From the NCBI GenBank assembly GCA_964468725.1, contig CAYXVU010000004.1, positions 2,137 to 66,136 of the forward strand: a stretch of DNA of 64,000 bases, in the 5' to 3' direction. Below, one piece after another: positions 28,469 through 38,255 of this stretch. This DNA comes from an uncultured Clostridia bacterium (GTDB taxonomy: Bacteria; Acidobacteriota; Blastocatellia; UBA7656). Made by a program: the position numbers and the translations under genes. The notes beneath the pieces were generated by a model that saw only the letters and a list, made by a program, of their open reading frames with translations, had not been told where the DNA came from and made no database searches. Position 1 is the first letter of the stretch. Each line of letters opens with the position of its first letter.

Positions 28469-28512
28469 GAAGATATCTCATCTTGTTTTGCAATTCCGTA
28501 TAAGTGAATTGA

Positions 28513-28551
28513 AGCGAAAGCGAGGCGAATTAAGATCGCCTCGCTTTCGCT
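28513..28551 (-). terminator. 16-bp perfect stem-loop overlapping the stop of the permease-M1 gene, likely a terminator
   Basis: AGCGAAAGCGAGGCGA / TCGCCTCGCTTTCGCT with a 7-nt loop and only a weak U tract. Confidence 0.55.
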
Positions 28552-31500
28552 AGTTTGTACCGTTCACGCGCCTTACGTTATCATCCGGCACGCGATCAAT
28601 CAGCAGATTAAACGGGTCAATCCCGGCTTTGTCCGGTTCTTCGTCAACGGTGAAGGTGAAGGATTGCACGCCGCTTGCAACCGTAACGCGTTCTCTATGT
28701 AACGTCTTTCCATACCGCTTGCCCGCTTCCGGTTTGGCAAACGCGCCGATTTCGATCAGGTCATTCACAGGCACTTCCGTCTCATTGCCTTTCTCGTCGG
28801 CTTTGAATTTCTTGCTCTCCACCGTAATCGTAATCTCGTACTTGCCATCTTCACGCTTCTGATAGCTTGCCTGTGTCGTGCGGTTGGAATAGAGGGTGAT
28901 CTCTTCAAACAAATCTTTATAGATGGGTTTGAGTTGGTCGGGCGTTTGCGCCAGCAAGGCGTCGAGCAGCGCATAAGAAGTCGGATAAGGCGGTTCTTTA
29001 TAGGCGTATTGGTTTATGAGTTGGCGCAACGCCTGATTGACCGCGGCCTCGCCGATCATCTCTTTGATGTAATAGAGCACAACGCTGCCTTTGTTGTAAT
29101 GAACGTAGCCTTGTGAGGATTCGACTTTTAGGAGTGGCTGTTCTTTGATCGTTTCACGTCCGCGAGAGCGCAGATACCTGTCCATCTCATACTGCAAAAA
29201 TTTTCGCATCAAATCGCGCCCGTACTCTTTCTCCATAACCATCAACGCCGAATATTGCGCCAGCGTCTCCGATAGCGAGGTTGCGCCTTGCATATTCGCA
29301 CCGATCACTTGATGCGCCCACCACTGATGTCCCATTTCATGTGCGGTGACATAGAAGACAAGGTCAATATCTTCGGGGTCGCGCAAGTTGGCAATAAAGC
29401 CGATGCTTTCGGAATAGGGCATCGTTCCCGGGAATGCCTGCGCAAAACTGGCAACTCGCGGGAATTCAATAATGCGCGCCTGTCGGTGTTTGTAGTCACT
29501 AAAGTTCGTCGTAAAGTATTCCAGCGATTTGCGAATCGAGTTCATCATCTTCGGCACATTGTATTCGTGGCCGGGGTGGTAGTAGACCTCCATCTGAATG
29601 CCGTTCCATTCTTCCCGCGCGACTTCGTAGCGCGCCGAGATAAAGGAATAAAAATTGAGCGATGGATGATCGAGGCGATACTGAAAATAGCGCCGCCCTC
29701 CTTCTTGCCATTCTTTTTGCAGCGAGCCAGGGGCAATCGCAACCTGATCGGGCGAGGTGCTGATAATCGTCTCGACATTCACCCAGTCGGAGTTGTTGCT
29801 CAAGTAGGTATCCATGCAAGACTGCGTGCAATCAGGTTCCAGTATCGGCATGCGATCTTTTTCCGGCAGCCCCAATTCTTTGCGATCATTGCGTTCGGTC
29901 AGTTCGGCTCCCGGTTGATAGCCAATCTGCGGCGCAATCGTGTTGTTGAAGAAGGTGCCGTTTTGCACAACTTGTAACAGGCTGACTTCATTCTCGAATC
30001 CGCGCGTTTGCGACTTCACGATGTAGCGCATTTGCAAACTCTCGTGGGGAGCAAGCGGTGGCGACAATTTGTAAATTCGATAAGCGAGTCGCGTATCTTC
30101 GCGGTCGAGAGCGGCGCGTTCGATTTCAACTTCGGTCAGGAAACTGTTATCGAGCGTGAGGTGGAGTTCGTCAATGGATTGTGATGTTTTATTGACCAAC
30201 CTTTGCTCGCCCTTGAAGACGATATTGCGTTCTTCGGGGTAGATAGCGATGTCATATTTCACATCGGTAATGCGCGGCTGAACGAGGTTCTGATATTGCT
30301 TATAGGTCTTTTCATAATCGGCAATGCGTCGGTTGTTATCATCCGATGTTGAAATACGGTGCAATACTTTGGTGTTATAAAAAACCCATCCGCCAACGAC
30401 AATCAACAAGAGGACTCCAACAACCGCAAGACTACGAAGATTGCCCACAAAGCTCAGTTGCAAATTTCTGAGTCGCCACCCCCACCCCTTCTCTTTGCCA
30501 CGCTGCCATACAAGGACGGCAAACAGGGAAAGCAAGGCGCACACAACAACCCAATAGAGACTAAACCACGTCAACTCTCTTACGAATGGTGCGAACCCGA
30601 ACATCGCGGAATAAGTGTAATTCGGGAGATTGCCGAATTGCAGCATATTCGTGGCAACGTTGAGAACTCCCCAAATGAATGAATTGACGATCAACAGCAC
30701 AACAAAAAGAAAATATCCCATGTATTTATTCGGCGAGAGGATATGCACCAACATCGCCAATACCGTGAGAAAAGAGAAGCTCAGCAAATCGAGCACCAGG
30801 AGTTCTTTCAAGTACAGACCGAGTTCATATTTCGTATACCCATGAAAAGTCTGAACGATGACGCCCATCAAAATAGAGCAGGCTAGAATCACAGCCGTCA
30901 GCCCGATCAGAGCGATCAACTTTGAAGTGTAGGTAATCCACGTCAGATGCGGCAGAGCATCATATATCTCGTCGGTCTTGGCATCACGTTCTTTCCACAC
31001 CAACGCCCCTCCGTAAAAGGTGATGATGGCAATCAAAAAGATGGACAGCGCGGAACGAATCAAATCCACCATCGCATAAGTAACCGGAAAAGAAGAGATG
31101 CCATAGCGCTCTGCGGCATTGAACGCCAACACCAAACTTATATTGATGGCTGCGAAGACGACAATGACGATGAAGACCGTACTTTTCATCGTGCCGAAGA
31201 AATCGAGTTTAATCTGGCTCCACAGTTGCGCAAATTGAGCGCGCAGATCGAAATTGAAGGAGGCCGGTCGCCCTGCCGGAGCCGCTACAAGAGCACTTTC
31301 ATTTTCGACTTCACGGGTGGCGCGACGATGCCGCTCCGTAAAGCGAAACCGTGAATATGCGGCGGTAAAAATTGCTAACCCGACGCTTACCCAGATGAGG
31401 CGATTGGCAAGCATCATTCCGGATAGTCCAACCGAGCGCACATTCTTTTCCGCAACCGTCCAGTATTTTGTCAGCAACGCAAATGCACGCATGCCGAAGG

Positions 31501-32128
31501 GGTCTACAAGTATCGCCAGCGTCTCGTTTTCCATATCTTGGGTAAACACATTGGCGATGGAGTAACAGACTAAGAGCAACAGTCCGCCGATGAAAGAGGC
31601 CATCGTGCTGCGGGTGAATGTAGCAATGGCAAAGATGATTGCTGCGATGAAAAGAGTATTCGGAATGACAAAGATCAGGATGCTGTTGAGGTGCGCACTC
31701 GCTATCACTGGCCCCCATTGTTCAGGGTCATTCCAGGGCGCAAAACGCGCGATCAGGGCGGCCAATGAAACGCCGAGCATCGGAAGCATGGCGACGATTG
31801 TTGCGCCCCAAAATCTGCCCATCAAATAATCGAATTTGCGGAGCGGCGTCGTGAAGATGATCTGGTGCGTGTCATATTGAAAATCGCGCGTTGCCGCCGA
31901 GTTGACAAAGGCCGTAGTCATCAACAATGTCGAAAGTGTCATGACGGCATAAAAATTCTGAATCACAAATGGCGCATTTTTATAGGTGTTCTCCAATGCG
32001 CTGCCGATGACAACGTCATCACTGGTCATCGCTCCAAAGATCAATATGGCGACGATCAAGAGAAAGACATAGACCATCAATCCTCGTAACCAGAATCGAA
32101 GTTCGAATCCGAAGAGATGTCTGAACAT
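28550..32128 (-). CDS. ABC-2-type permease (about 14 TM, duplicated) fused to a C-terminal extracytoplasmic M1-family zinc metallopeptidase
   Basis: Two hydrophobic permease repeats (RDFQYDTHQIIFTTP; ERDAKTDEIYDALP), then HEMGHQWW...SETLAQY and YVHYNKG. Adjacent to an ABC ATPase. Confidence 0.9.
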   Translation of the reverse strand: MFRHLFGFELRFWLRGLMVYVFLLIVAILIFGAMTSDDVVIGSALENTYKNAPFVIQNFYAVMTLSTLLMTTAFVNSAATRDFQYDTHQIIFTTPLRKFDYLMGRFWGATIVAMLPMLGVSLAALIARFAPWNDPEQWGPVIASAHLNSILIFVIPNTLFIAAIIFAIATFTRSTMASFIGGLLLLVCYSIANVFTQDMENETLAILVDPFGMRAFALLTKYWTVAEKNVRSVGLSGMMLANRLIWVSVGLAIFTAAYSRFRFTERHRRATREVENESALVAAPAGRPASFNFDLRAQFAQLWSQIKLDFFGTMKSTVFIVIVVFAAINISLVLAFNAAERYGISSFPVTYAMVDLIRSALSIFLIAIITFYGGALVWKERDAKTDEIYDALPHLTWITYTSKLIALIGLTAVILACSILMGVIVQTFHGYTKYELGLYLKELLVLDLLSFSFLTVLAMLVHILSPNKYMGYFLFVVLLIVNSFIWGVLNVATNMLQFGNLPNYTYSAMFGFAPFVRELTWFSLYWVVVCALLSLFAVLVWQRGKEKGWGWRLRNLQLSFVGNLRSLAVVGVLLLIVVGGWVFYNTKVLHRISTSDDNNRRIADYEKTYKQYQNLVQPRITDVKYDIAIYPEERNIVFKGEQRLVNKTSQSIDELHLTLDNSFLTEVEIERAALDREDTRLAYRIYKLSPPLAPHESLQMRYIVKSQTRGFENEVSLLQVVQNGTFFNNTIAPQIGYQPGAELTERNDRKELGLPEKDRMPILEPDCTQSCMDTYLSNNSDWVNVETIISTSPDQVAIAPGSLQKEWQEGGRRYFQYRLDHPSLNFYSFISARYEVAREEWNGIQMEVYYHPGHEYNVPKMMNSIRKSLEYFTTNFSDYKHRQARIIEFPRVASFAQAFPGTMPYSESIGFIANLRDPEDIDLVFYVTAHEMGHQWWAHQVIGANMQGATSLSETLAQYSALMVMEKEYGRDLMRKFLQYEMDRYLRSRGRETIKEQPLLKVESSQGYVHYNKGSVVLYYIKEMIGEAAVNQALRQLINQYAYKEPPYPTSYALLDALLAQTPDQLKPIYKDLFEEITLYSNRTTQASYQKREDGKYEITITVESKKFKADEKGNETEVPVNDLIEIGAFAKPEAGKRYGKTLHRERVTVASGVQSFTFTVDEEPDKAGIDPFNLLIDRVPDDNVRRVNGTN

Positions 32129-32173
32129 ACCGGCTGCTCCCTTTTCAACTTTGATAGATGTAATCGGAAAGGC

Positions 32174-33046
32174 TTACACCAACCCTAGAATTTTGGCAAA
32201 AAATACGTCTTCCAAATCAGCTTCATCGGCTGCGAAGCCATCACGAGGTGGCGTATCACTAAAAACGTGGATCAACGGTGTCCCGGCCACCATCTTTGTC
32301 GAGATAACCGAGTACCGGGCGCGATGATCCTCCATTTCGGATTTATGAACCGACTTCTGCCAAATTTTTCCATCCAATAGTTGCAGTGCCGCATCCGGCG
32401 AGCCGGAAAACAGCACTTGTCCTTCGTTGATTATCGCCATATTGGTACATAGTTCGCGCACATCCTGAACGATATGGGTTGATAAAATCACAATGACATT
32501 TTCGCCGATTTCCGAAAGCAGATTATAAAAGCGATTGCGTTCGCCGGGGTCGAGTCCGGCGGTCGGTTCGTCAACAATGATCAGTTGAGGATTGCCGAGC
32601 AATGCCTGTGCGATGCCAAAGCGTTGTTTCATACCGCCGGAATATCCGCTCAAGGCTTTCTTACGATGCTGATGAAGATTAACCCTCACCAGCAATGACT
32701 CAACCAATTCTCTGCGCTCTTTGTGATGGACGACGCCTTTGAGAATCGCAATATGGTCGAGCATATCCTGCGCAGAAGTCTTCGGGTAAACGCCAAACTC
32801 TTGCGGCAGGTAGCCGAGCAGTTTGCGAACTTCTTGCTTCTCTTTCAGCACATTGATCTCTCCGAGAAACGCTTCCCCGCTGTCCGCTTCTTGCAGGGTG
32901 GCAAGGGTACGCATCAAGGTAGACTTTCCGGCTCCGTTCGGGCCAAGCAACCCGAACATGCCTGTCGGTATCGTTAGCGAGACATTATCGAGAGCGCGCA
33001 CACCGTTGGCATAGGTTTTCGAAAGGTTGCGAATTCGTAATTCCAT
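32174..33046 (-). CDS. ABC transporter ATP-binding protein
   Basis: Walker A GPNGAGKS, signature YSGGM, Walker B IIVDEP and H-loop LSTH. Confidence 0.96.
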   Translation of the reverse strand: MELRIRNLSKTYANGVRALDNVSLTIPTGMFGLLGPNGAGKSTLMRTLATLQEADSGEAFLGEINVLKEKQEVRKLLGYLPQEFGVYPKTSAQDMLDHIAILKGVVHHKERRELVESLLVRVNLHQHRKKALSGYSGGMKQRFGIAQALLGNPQLIIVDEPTAGLDPGERNRFYNLLSEIGENVIVILSTHIVQDVRELCTNMAIINEGQVLFSGSPDAALQLLDGKIWQKSVHKSEMEDHRARYSVISTKMVAGTPLIHVFSDTPPRDGFAADEADLEDVFFAKILGLV

Positions 33047-33185
33047 CCAGAGGTGTCCTTCCTATTGAGTTGTGATGGCTGAGGGGTAATCGAACGCTTA
33101 TATATCAGATAACTGGCAATAGCTGAAACGTTCTGTGCAAAGGTACGAAGGACATGCAGCTTTTGTTGCACTCAGCCCTAAAAGA

Positions 33186-34004
33186 TCAATTTTCTATCGG
33201 CAAATCGGGATTCAATAGCGCGATGACTTCATCATGCAGTATCCCTGCGGTTGCAATGATAGAGTTGCCCTGCACGGGGTCGTTCCCTTGCCAATCGGTA
33301 ATGCGCCCGCCAGCGCCTTCAATCACCGGGATCAAGGCCATGATGTCCCAAGGATTCATAATCGGGTCTGCCATCACATCTGCACCTCCGGTTGCCAGCA
33401 GCAAATAGCCGAGGCAATCGCCCCACGTGCGATAGAGCTTCACACATCGCGCCAGAGATTCGAAGGCAGCAAAATTTTGATGTTGCTCTACACCCCAATG
33501 CGAACTGACAAGAAGGGTTGCTTCTGCGATGCTGTGGCAAGGTCGCACTCGGACGAGATTCTCGTTGAGGTAAGTCTCCCGACCTGTGCCGATTAGGAGA
33601 TGGCCGACCAGCGGATTATTGATCGCGCCGAGCACGGGTCGTCCGTCTTTCAGTAAGGCGATGAGCGTACCGAATAGGTAACAATTGCTGACAAATGCCT
33701 TTGTACCATCAATGGGGTCGAGTACCCATTGATACCGGGCGGTAGGCTGATAGGCTCCGAACTCTTCACCAAAGATGCCATGCTGCGGATAGCGACGCAC
33801 GATCAGGTCTCGCATGATCTCTTCCGCGCGACGGTCGGCTATGGTGACGGGCGTCGCATCGCTTTTGGTCTCGATGGTAAAGCCCGACAGATAAAAATGA
33901 CGGATGATCTCAGCGCTTGCTTGAGCCAACTCATGAATAAATGGGATGAACTCTTTTTGGGTTGCGGCGTCACACTCACCGCTGAACCGCTGCAACTCAT
34001 TCAT
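33186..34004 (-). CDS. hisN: Inositol-monophosphatase-family protein, most like the histidinol-phosphate phosphatase HisN
   Basis: K-SDATPVTIADRRAE, GEE, WVLDPIDGT, WGDCLGY and PWDIMA motifs. Confidence 0.75.
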   Translation of the reverse strand: MNELQRFSGECDAATQKEFIPFIHELAQASAEIIRHFYLSGFTIETKSDATPVTIADRRAEEIMRDLIVRRYPQHGIFGEEFGAYQPTARYQWVLDPIDGTKAFVSNCYLFGTLIALLKDGRPVLGAINNPLVGHLLIGTGRETYLNENLVRVRPCHSIAEATLLVSSHWGVEQHQNFAAFESLARCVKLYRTWGDCLGYLLLATGGADVMADPIMNPWDIMALIPVIEGAGGRITDWQGNDPVQGNSIIATAGILHDEVIALLNPDLPIEN

Positions 34005-34030
34005 TGTACCCTCTAAATATTAATTCGCAG

Positions 34031-34528
34031 TTATGGCCTGAAATTTTTCACCATCGTTAATGAGGTTCCGTTTTGGCCGACGACCGTAAAACCCAACCGC
34101 ACATACAGACGGGCGGCAGGGTTTTCCGCAGAGACGCTTAGAGAGATCGCCGGAAAGCGACTCTGAACCGAGTGCAATAGTTTTGAAAGAAGCTCTGTGC
34201 CGATGCCTTGCCCTCGATATTCAGGGGCAACCGCAATCGTCAATTCCGGCGTGCACTCATCAATAAACCCGTAACCGGGAAGGCGAGCGCGGAACCGGCG
34301 AATCCAGGCTGCGCCGATCATTGCTTCATTTGACGCTTCAATCGCTACAAAACCGCTATCATCCTCTTGCCCCCAGTCTTTGACATAGCAACTGATTTCC
34401 GGTTCATAAATGATGTTGCGCGGCAATGGCTCGCCGCCTACGGGGATAAAGATCGCCTGATAGAGCATCTCCCAAAGGAATGGCTCATCAGCAATCGTCA
34501 GAGCGCGAATGCGATAGTCTGTCATCAT
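34031..34528 (-). CDS. GNAT family acetyltransferase
   Basis: PELTIAVAPEYRGQGIG acetyl-CoA motif and NPAARLYVRLGF. Confidence 0.9.
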   Translation of the reverse strand: MMTDYRIRALTIADEPFLWEMLYQAIFIPVGGEPLPRNIIYEPEISCYVKDWGQEDDSGFVAIEASNEAMIGAAWIRRFRARLPGYGFIDECTPELTIAVAPEYRGQGIGTELLSKLLHSVQSRFPAISLSVSAENPAARLYVRLGFTVVGQNGTSLTMVKNFRP

Positions 34529-34556
34529 AACCGTCTTACAGCCCTCTCCAATTTTC

Positions 34557-36176
34557 TCACTCTTTCCTTACATAGTAAGTGAAGAAAGTGCGCGTCACTT
34601 TGCGGTAATCACGTTGCACCCAAGCTTGGAAATCCGTTTTTCGGCTGACCTCATTCATACGTGCCAGAACAACGACTTTCGGGCGACTGGCTTTGAGTCG
34701 GGCCAGCCACCCATCAAAGCCTCCCGGCTCTAGTTTATCTAGATACTCATCCTTTCCCCTATCAAGGAAGAAATACTTGCTGGCGTTAGTCAGATGCGAA
34801 AGCACCAGCACCTCTGCCGCTCCATGAACAAAAATTTCATCACCCGGTTGCAAATGCGCGGTGATTTCCGAGACTTCCCGCTCTTGCTCTTGAAGCGTGC
34901 CGAATTCGCGTTCCAGCCAGAGAATATCAGCTAGGCTGATGGTAACGATTAAGGTGAAGATAAGGCCCCAACTCCCGTATTCAATACTCCGCCCTGTAGA
35001 CGGTTCACGATTACGGATAATCCGGGCAACACCACGTTGCAGGAATGACGCTATCGCCAAGGCGGCAAAAACACCGGCAAAGGGGAGGAGCGGTAGGAAA
35101 TCACGCTCACCGTTGATTTGCACCATGCAAAACAGTAAGTAGATAAGCGGTGAGATGATGACTGCGCTACGAACGGGGGGAGGGGCGATTCTGCCATCAT
35201 GGTTCCTCAACAGGGGCTTAAGCTGCTCGTAGAGAGCGCTCACCCAGCCAATTAAAGCAAGGAAAAAATAGAACGCATCTGAGCGATAGGCATTCCTCAT
35301 AAAGTTGCCGACTCGCTGAACAAACTCGACGGGCGAACGAGGCCGATAAACCGAGTAAACCGAAAAGGTGAATGCCAGATTCCATGTATAAAAGTCATGC
35401 AATACCCTGACAACCCAGAAGTAAAACAACATGATGGCCAACGGCATCAAGGCTCCGAGTAATCCTTTGAGGAGGCGAATATCGCGCCATGACCGGCCAT
35501 ACGAAGAGAAGATCAACCCGGCAACGCCGACAAACAGCAGTCCGGGCTGCCAACTCAAGGCGGATAGCATTCCGCAAAGCCCTGCGCTGATCGGTCGGTT
35601 TCGATATATGGCCAACAGAGTCAACAGGCCAAACAAAACCATGAGCGTTTTCGGTTCGACGCCGCGACTGTGAGCGTTGGCAAAATAGTTTGAAGAGAGC
35701 AGAATCAATGCCGCCAACAATGCAGTTCGGCGGCTCCCACAATAAGCGAATGTGACCAGAAAAGTGCAACCAATGACCAGTGCTCCCAGCAGAATAAAAA
35801 GGCACCGAATCGCCATCAGATCACGAGCACCGAAGGGGTGCAAGATAAGTATCGCCGCAGCGCCAGCATAAGCGGATAAAGGCGTTTTGATGTTAACGGC
35901 ATCACGATAAGGGATATTGCCGCGCGCGATTAGCTGAGCCATATAATTCCAATTTGCCGCATCCTGCCTTTCCGGCAGACGGTGAAACTGAAATTGGGCG
36001 ATAATCAAGAATGAGAATGCGACGAGGGCAATCAAGAGATAGCGTGGCATCAGCCATTTCGATATTCGCATCCTTCCGGCTTTACACTCCATAGTGCTCG
36101 CAGGTTCGAAGGCTTCCTGCGCAGGCGAAGGAGTTGTGCCCGGTGAAAGCGATTGATCTGTTTTTTTATTAATCAT
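34557..36176 (-). CDS. Polytopic membrane glycosyltransferase (GT-C / ArnT-PMT-like)
   Basis: Many TM segments and an N-terminal loop QDAANWNYMA...G-IPYRDAVNIKTPL typical of GT-C fold enzymes. Confidence 0.7.
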   Translation of the reverse strand: MINKKTDQSLSPGTTPSPAQEAFEPASTMECKAGRMRISKWLMPRYLLIALVAFSFLIIAQFQFHRLPERQDAANWNYMAQLIARGNIPYRDAVNIKTPLSAYAGAAAILILHPFGARDLMAIRCLFILLGALVIGCTFLVTFAYCGSRRTALLAALILLSSNYFANAHSRGVEPKTLMVLFGLLTLLAIYRNRPISAGLCGMLSALSWQPGLLFVGVAGLIFSSYGRSWRDIRLLKGLLGALMPLAIMLFYFWVVRVLHDFYTWNLAFTFSVYSVYRPRSPVEFVQRVGNFMRNAYRSDAFYFFLALIGWVSALYEQLKPLLRNHDGRIAPPPVRSAVIISPLIYLLFCMVQINGERDFLPLLPFAGVFAALAIASFLQRGVARIIRNREPSTGRSIEYGSWGLIFTLIVTISLADILWLEREFGTLQEQEREVSEITAHLQPGDEIFVHGAAEVLVLSHLTNASKYFFLDRGKDEYLDKLEPGGFDGWLARLKASRPKVVVLARMNEVSRKTDFQAWVQRDYRKVTRTFFTYYVRKE

Positions 36177-36270
36177 GTGCTACAAGGCGCACTTGATCGA
36201 ACACGAACCCATTGGCTTTACCGGATGGTGGCCGTAAGGTAGCCGGAAAGAGGTTTTCTACCCTGCTTAC

Positions 36271-36732
36271 CTAAAGCCCAAACTGGCGGAGATGATGATC
36301 CAGGTGTAGATAGCCCCACCGTAACCACTCTTCGTCGCTCATCTCCCCGAAGAGTGGATGCATCTGCCACTGAAAATCTCGGTCACGATGGATGAACCGT
36401 TCGACCAGCCTTTCCAATTCTTGCCGGTCGCGGGCAAACTCAACGGGCTTTGTTCCGTCTAGCTCTTGATCGGCTTGTGGCATGGTCTTCACCCCTTTCG
36501 GCCAGGGTAAAGGCACTTGCAAAGCAATCCACTTCAGAAGAGTACGTTGTAAAAGATTCGACCGCATTGAAGTGGCAATATCTCCGAGCGGCATGCGGAA
36601 AGAATCGCTGAGGTGGCAAATCATCTGATGCGCAGTCATCTTTCCCCACTGCCGCTGGCTCGTCGGTTGTAACTTACGCAATCGTTCCAAAACATCAGAC
36701 TGGTCTGCCGCGCGAAATAGACTCTTTTTCAT
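36271..36732 (-). CDS. DUF1569 / DinB-like four-helix protein
   Basis: RQWGKMTAHQMICHL...HPLFG..S..EW.R....HLDHHLRQFG. Start at MKKSLF (36732); the ORF track extends to 36807. Confidence 0.88.
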   Translation of the reverse strand: MKKSLFRAADQSDVLERLRKLQPTSQRQWGKMTAHQMICHLSDSFRMPLGDIATSMRSNLLQRTLLKWIALQVPLPWPKGVKTMPQADQELDGTKPVEFARDRQELERLVERFIHRDRDFQWQMHPLFGEMSDEEWLRWGYLHLDHHLRQFGL

Positions 36733-37017
36733 CAATGGCTCTCCCGACGGGTTGACGCTTTCACAGTTATAGCGAATTTCCTGCCGGTTACTTATACCTT
36801 CTCTCATCGCAACTCGCTTATGACTAAGAAGCGATTGGCGGGATTATAGAGAGTCAAGAAAGAGCAGAGCAAGCGGAGGAAACTCAACAGCAAACTTCCG
36901 GTGGGCAGGGGGTCGAAGGAGTGATGGTTACAAATTAGTCGCTGAACAGCCAGCAAGAGCTTGACGGCAATGATGGGCATCCCCGCGAGGCTCAACAGAT
37001 GATCCGATTTTGCCGGA

Positions 37018-37719
37018 TTACTCTTTAAGCTCGCTCAATAAAAATTCGGCATACCGATTATCAACGATGCGAAGGACATCGGCTTCCTTGATGCCACCGA
37101 GTCGGCGCAAACAGCAGAGTCGCTCTGCTGCCATCACCTCTGAAACCGTCAGGGGCCAGCCTTCGGTCATTAGGCAAGCATCAGCAAGAAATTGCAGCAC
37201 TTCGATGTAGGCACTCAGAGCAACAACTGCTTCCATAGCTCCAAGCAAAGTTGTCATCTTGGTTGCGGTAGATCCTGTGGCGCAGGGCATACGATCTTCT
37301 CGAAACGCCTCTTTCGTCTCTCTGGTTACTTCATCAACCTCTTTGAGCAGCGGGTGCGTTGTGCAATGAGACGCCAGCGTAGTGACCACAGTCTGCATCA
37401 CCGGCAGGCCGAATCTTGCCGCTTCTGTCAGTTGCAAGACCCTTTTTCCCTGATCGTTTTGACCATCCGCGTTCACCGAGGCTGAGGGCATCACGAAACC
37501 GTTGACCAGAGATTGCATATGCTCAGCAGTTTGGCGGAGACGAATCGCTGAGTCATGGGGAGGTGTCTGCACACAGCGAGGGCAAAGGCTGCCAAAGGCT
37601 ACTTGGTCATCCATCAGCGTTGCCCCAACCCATTGCTCTTCCCATAAACTAGCACATAGACAACATTGAACCGTTCGACAAAGGTCATGGTAGTAAAGAA
37701 GGAGTGTAAACCTGCTCAC
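37018..37719 (-). CDS. Orphan hypothetical protein with two CxxC pairs
   Basis: 233-codon ORF with no overlapping gene, GTG start preceded by GAGGA, and CCLC and CPRC motifs. No family recognised. Confidence 0.5.
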   Translation of the reverse strand: MSRFTLLLYYHDLCRTVQCCLCASLWEEQWVGATLMDDQVAFGSLCPRCVQTPPHDSAIRLRQTAEHMQSLVNGFVMPSASVNADGQNDQGKRVLQLTEAARFGLPVMQTVVTTLASHCTTHPLLKEVDEVTRETKEAFREDRMPCATGSTATKMTTLLGAMEAVVALSAYIEVLQFLADACLMTEGWPLTVSEVMAAERLCCLRRLGGIKEADVLRIVDNRYAEFLLSELKE

Positions 37720-38255
37720 AAACGTTTTCCTCGGTCTCAGTAACTACACCGTTTTGAAATCGGATAGGCAGGCGAAAAATACAATACCCTCTCACTTCAG
37801 CTACCGAATCTTCGAGACGCACTCTATCGCTCCTCGCAGTATGACATCGAGTCAAACCCAGCAAGCTTGTCTCAAATAGACGGCCCCTCTACACCCGTGC
37901 AAAACAGACGCCTGAAAATCAAGCGGCTTCGCTATTTTGTTGAGGATTTTGCCTGATGATTACTTCACGGACATGAACTTCTTGCACAAATTCGCGCTGC
38001 AGCCGATCCCTCAGCGGCGCGTACCCCTTAATGATTCTTCCCCTCCGTGTTCTCTGCCGTAGAGTCGTGCATTAGTATATCCGACAATGAAAATTGCGCA
38101 AGAGATTCATTTTTCCCAGAAACAGCGGCTTCGTGAAGATAATAATCTCCGCGCCGTCTCGGTCAAAATACAATCCGAAACAACAAAAGGGTGCCGATCT
38201 GCCATATAGGTCGCTCCCTTTACTGAATGAGCGAGAGCACCCAATCGGCTTAAGG

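Noticed and set aside
29288-29977. 229-aa plus-strand ORF (and similarly 57520..58161)
   Set aside because: Antisense shadows of the M1 fusion and the DUF4178 gene.
36804-36995. 63-aa ORF between DUF1569 and the orphan gene
   Set aside because: No RBS or motif, and it cannot be distinguished from chance.
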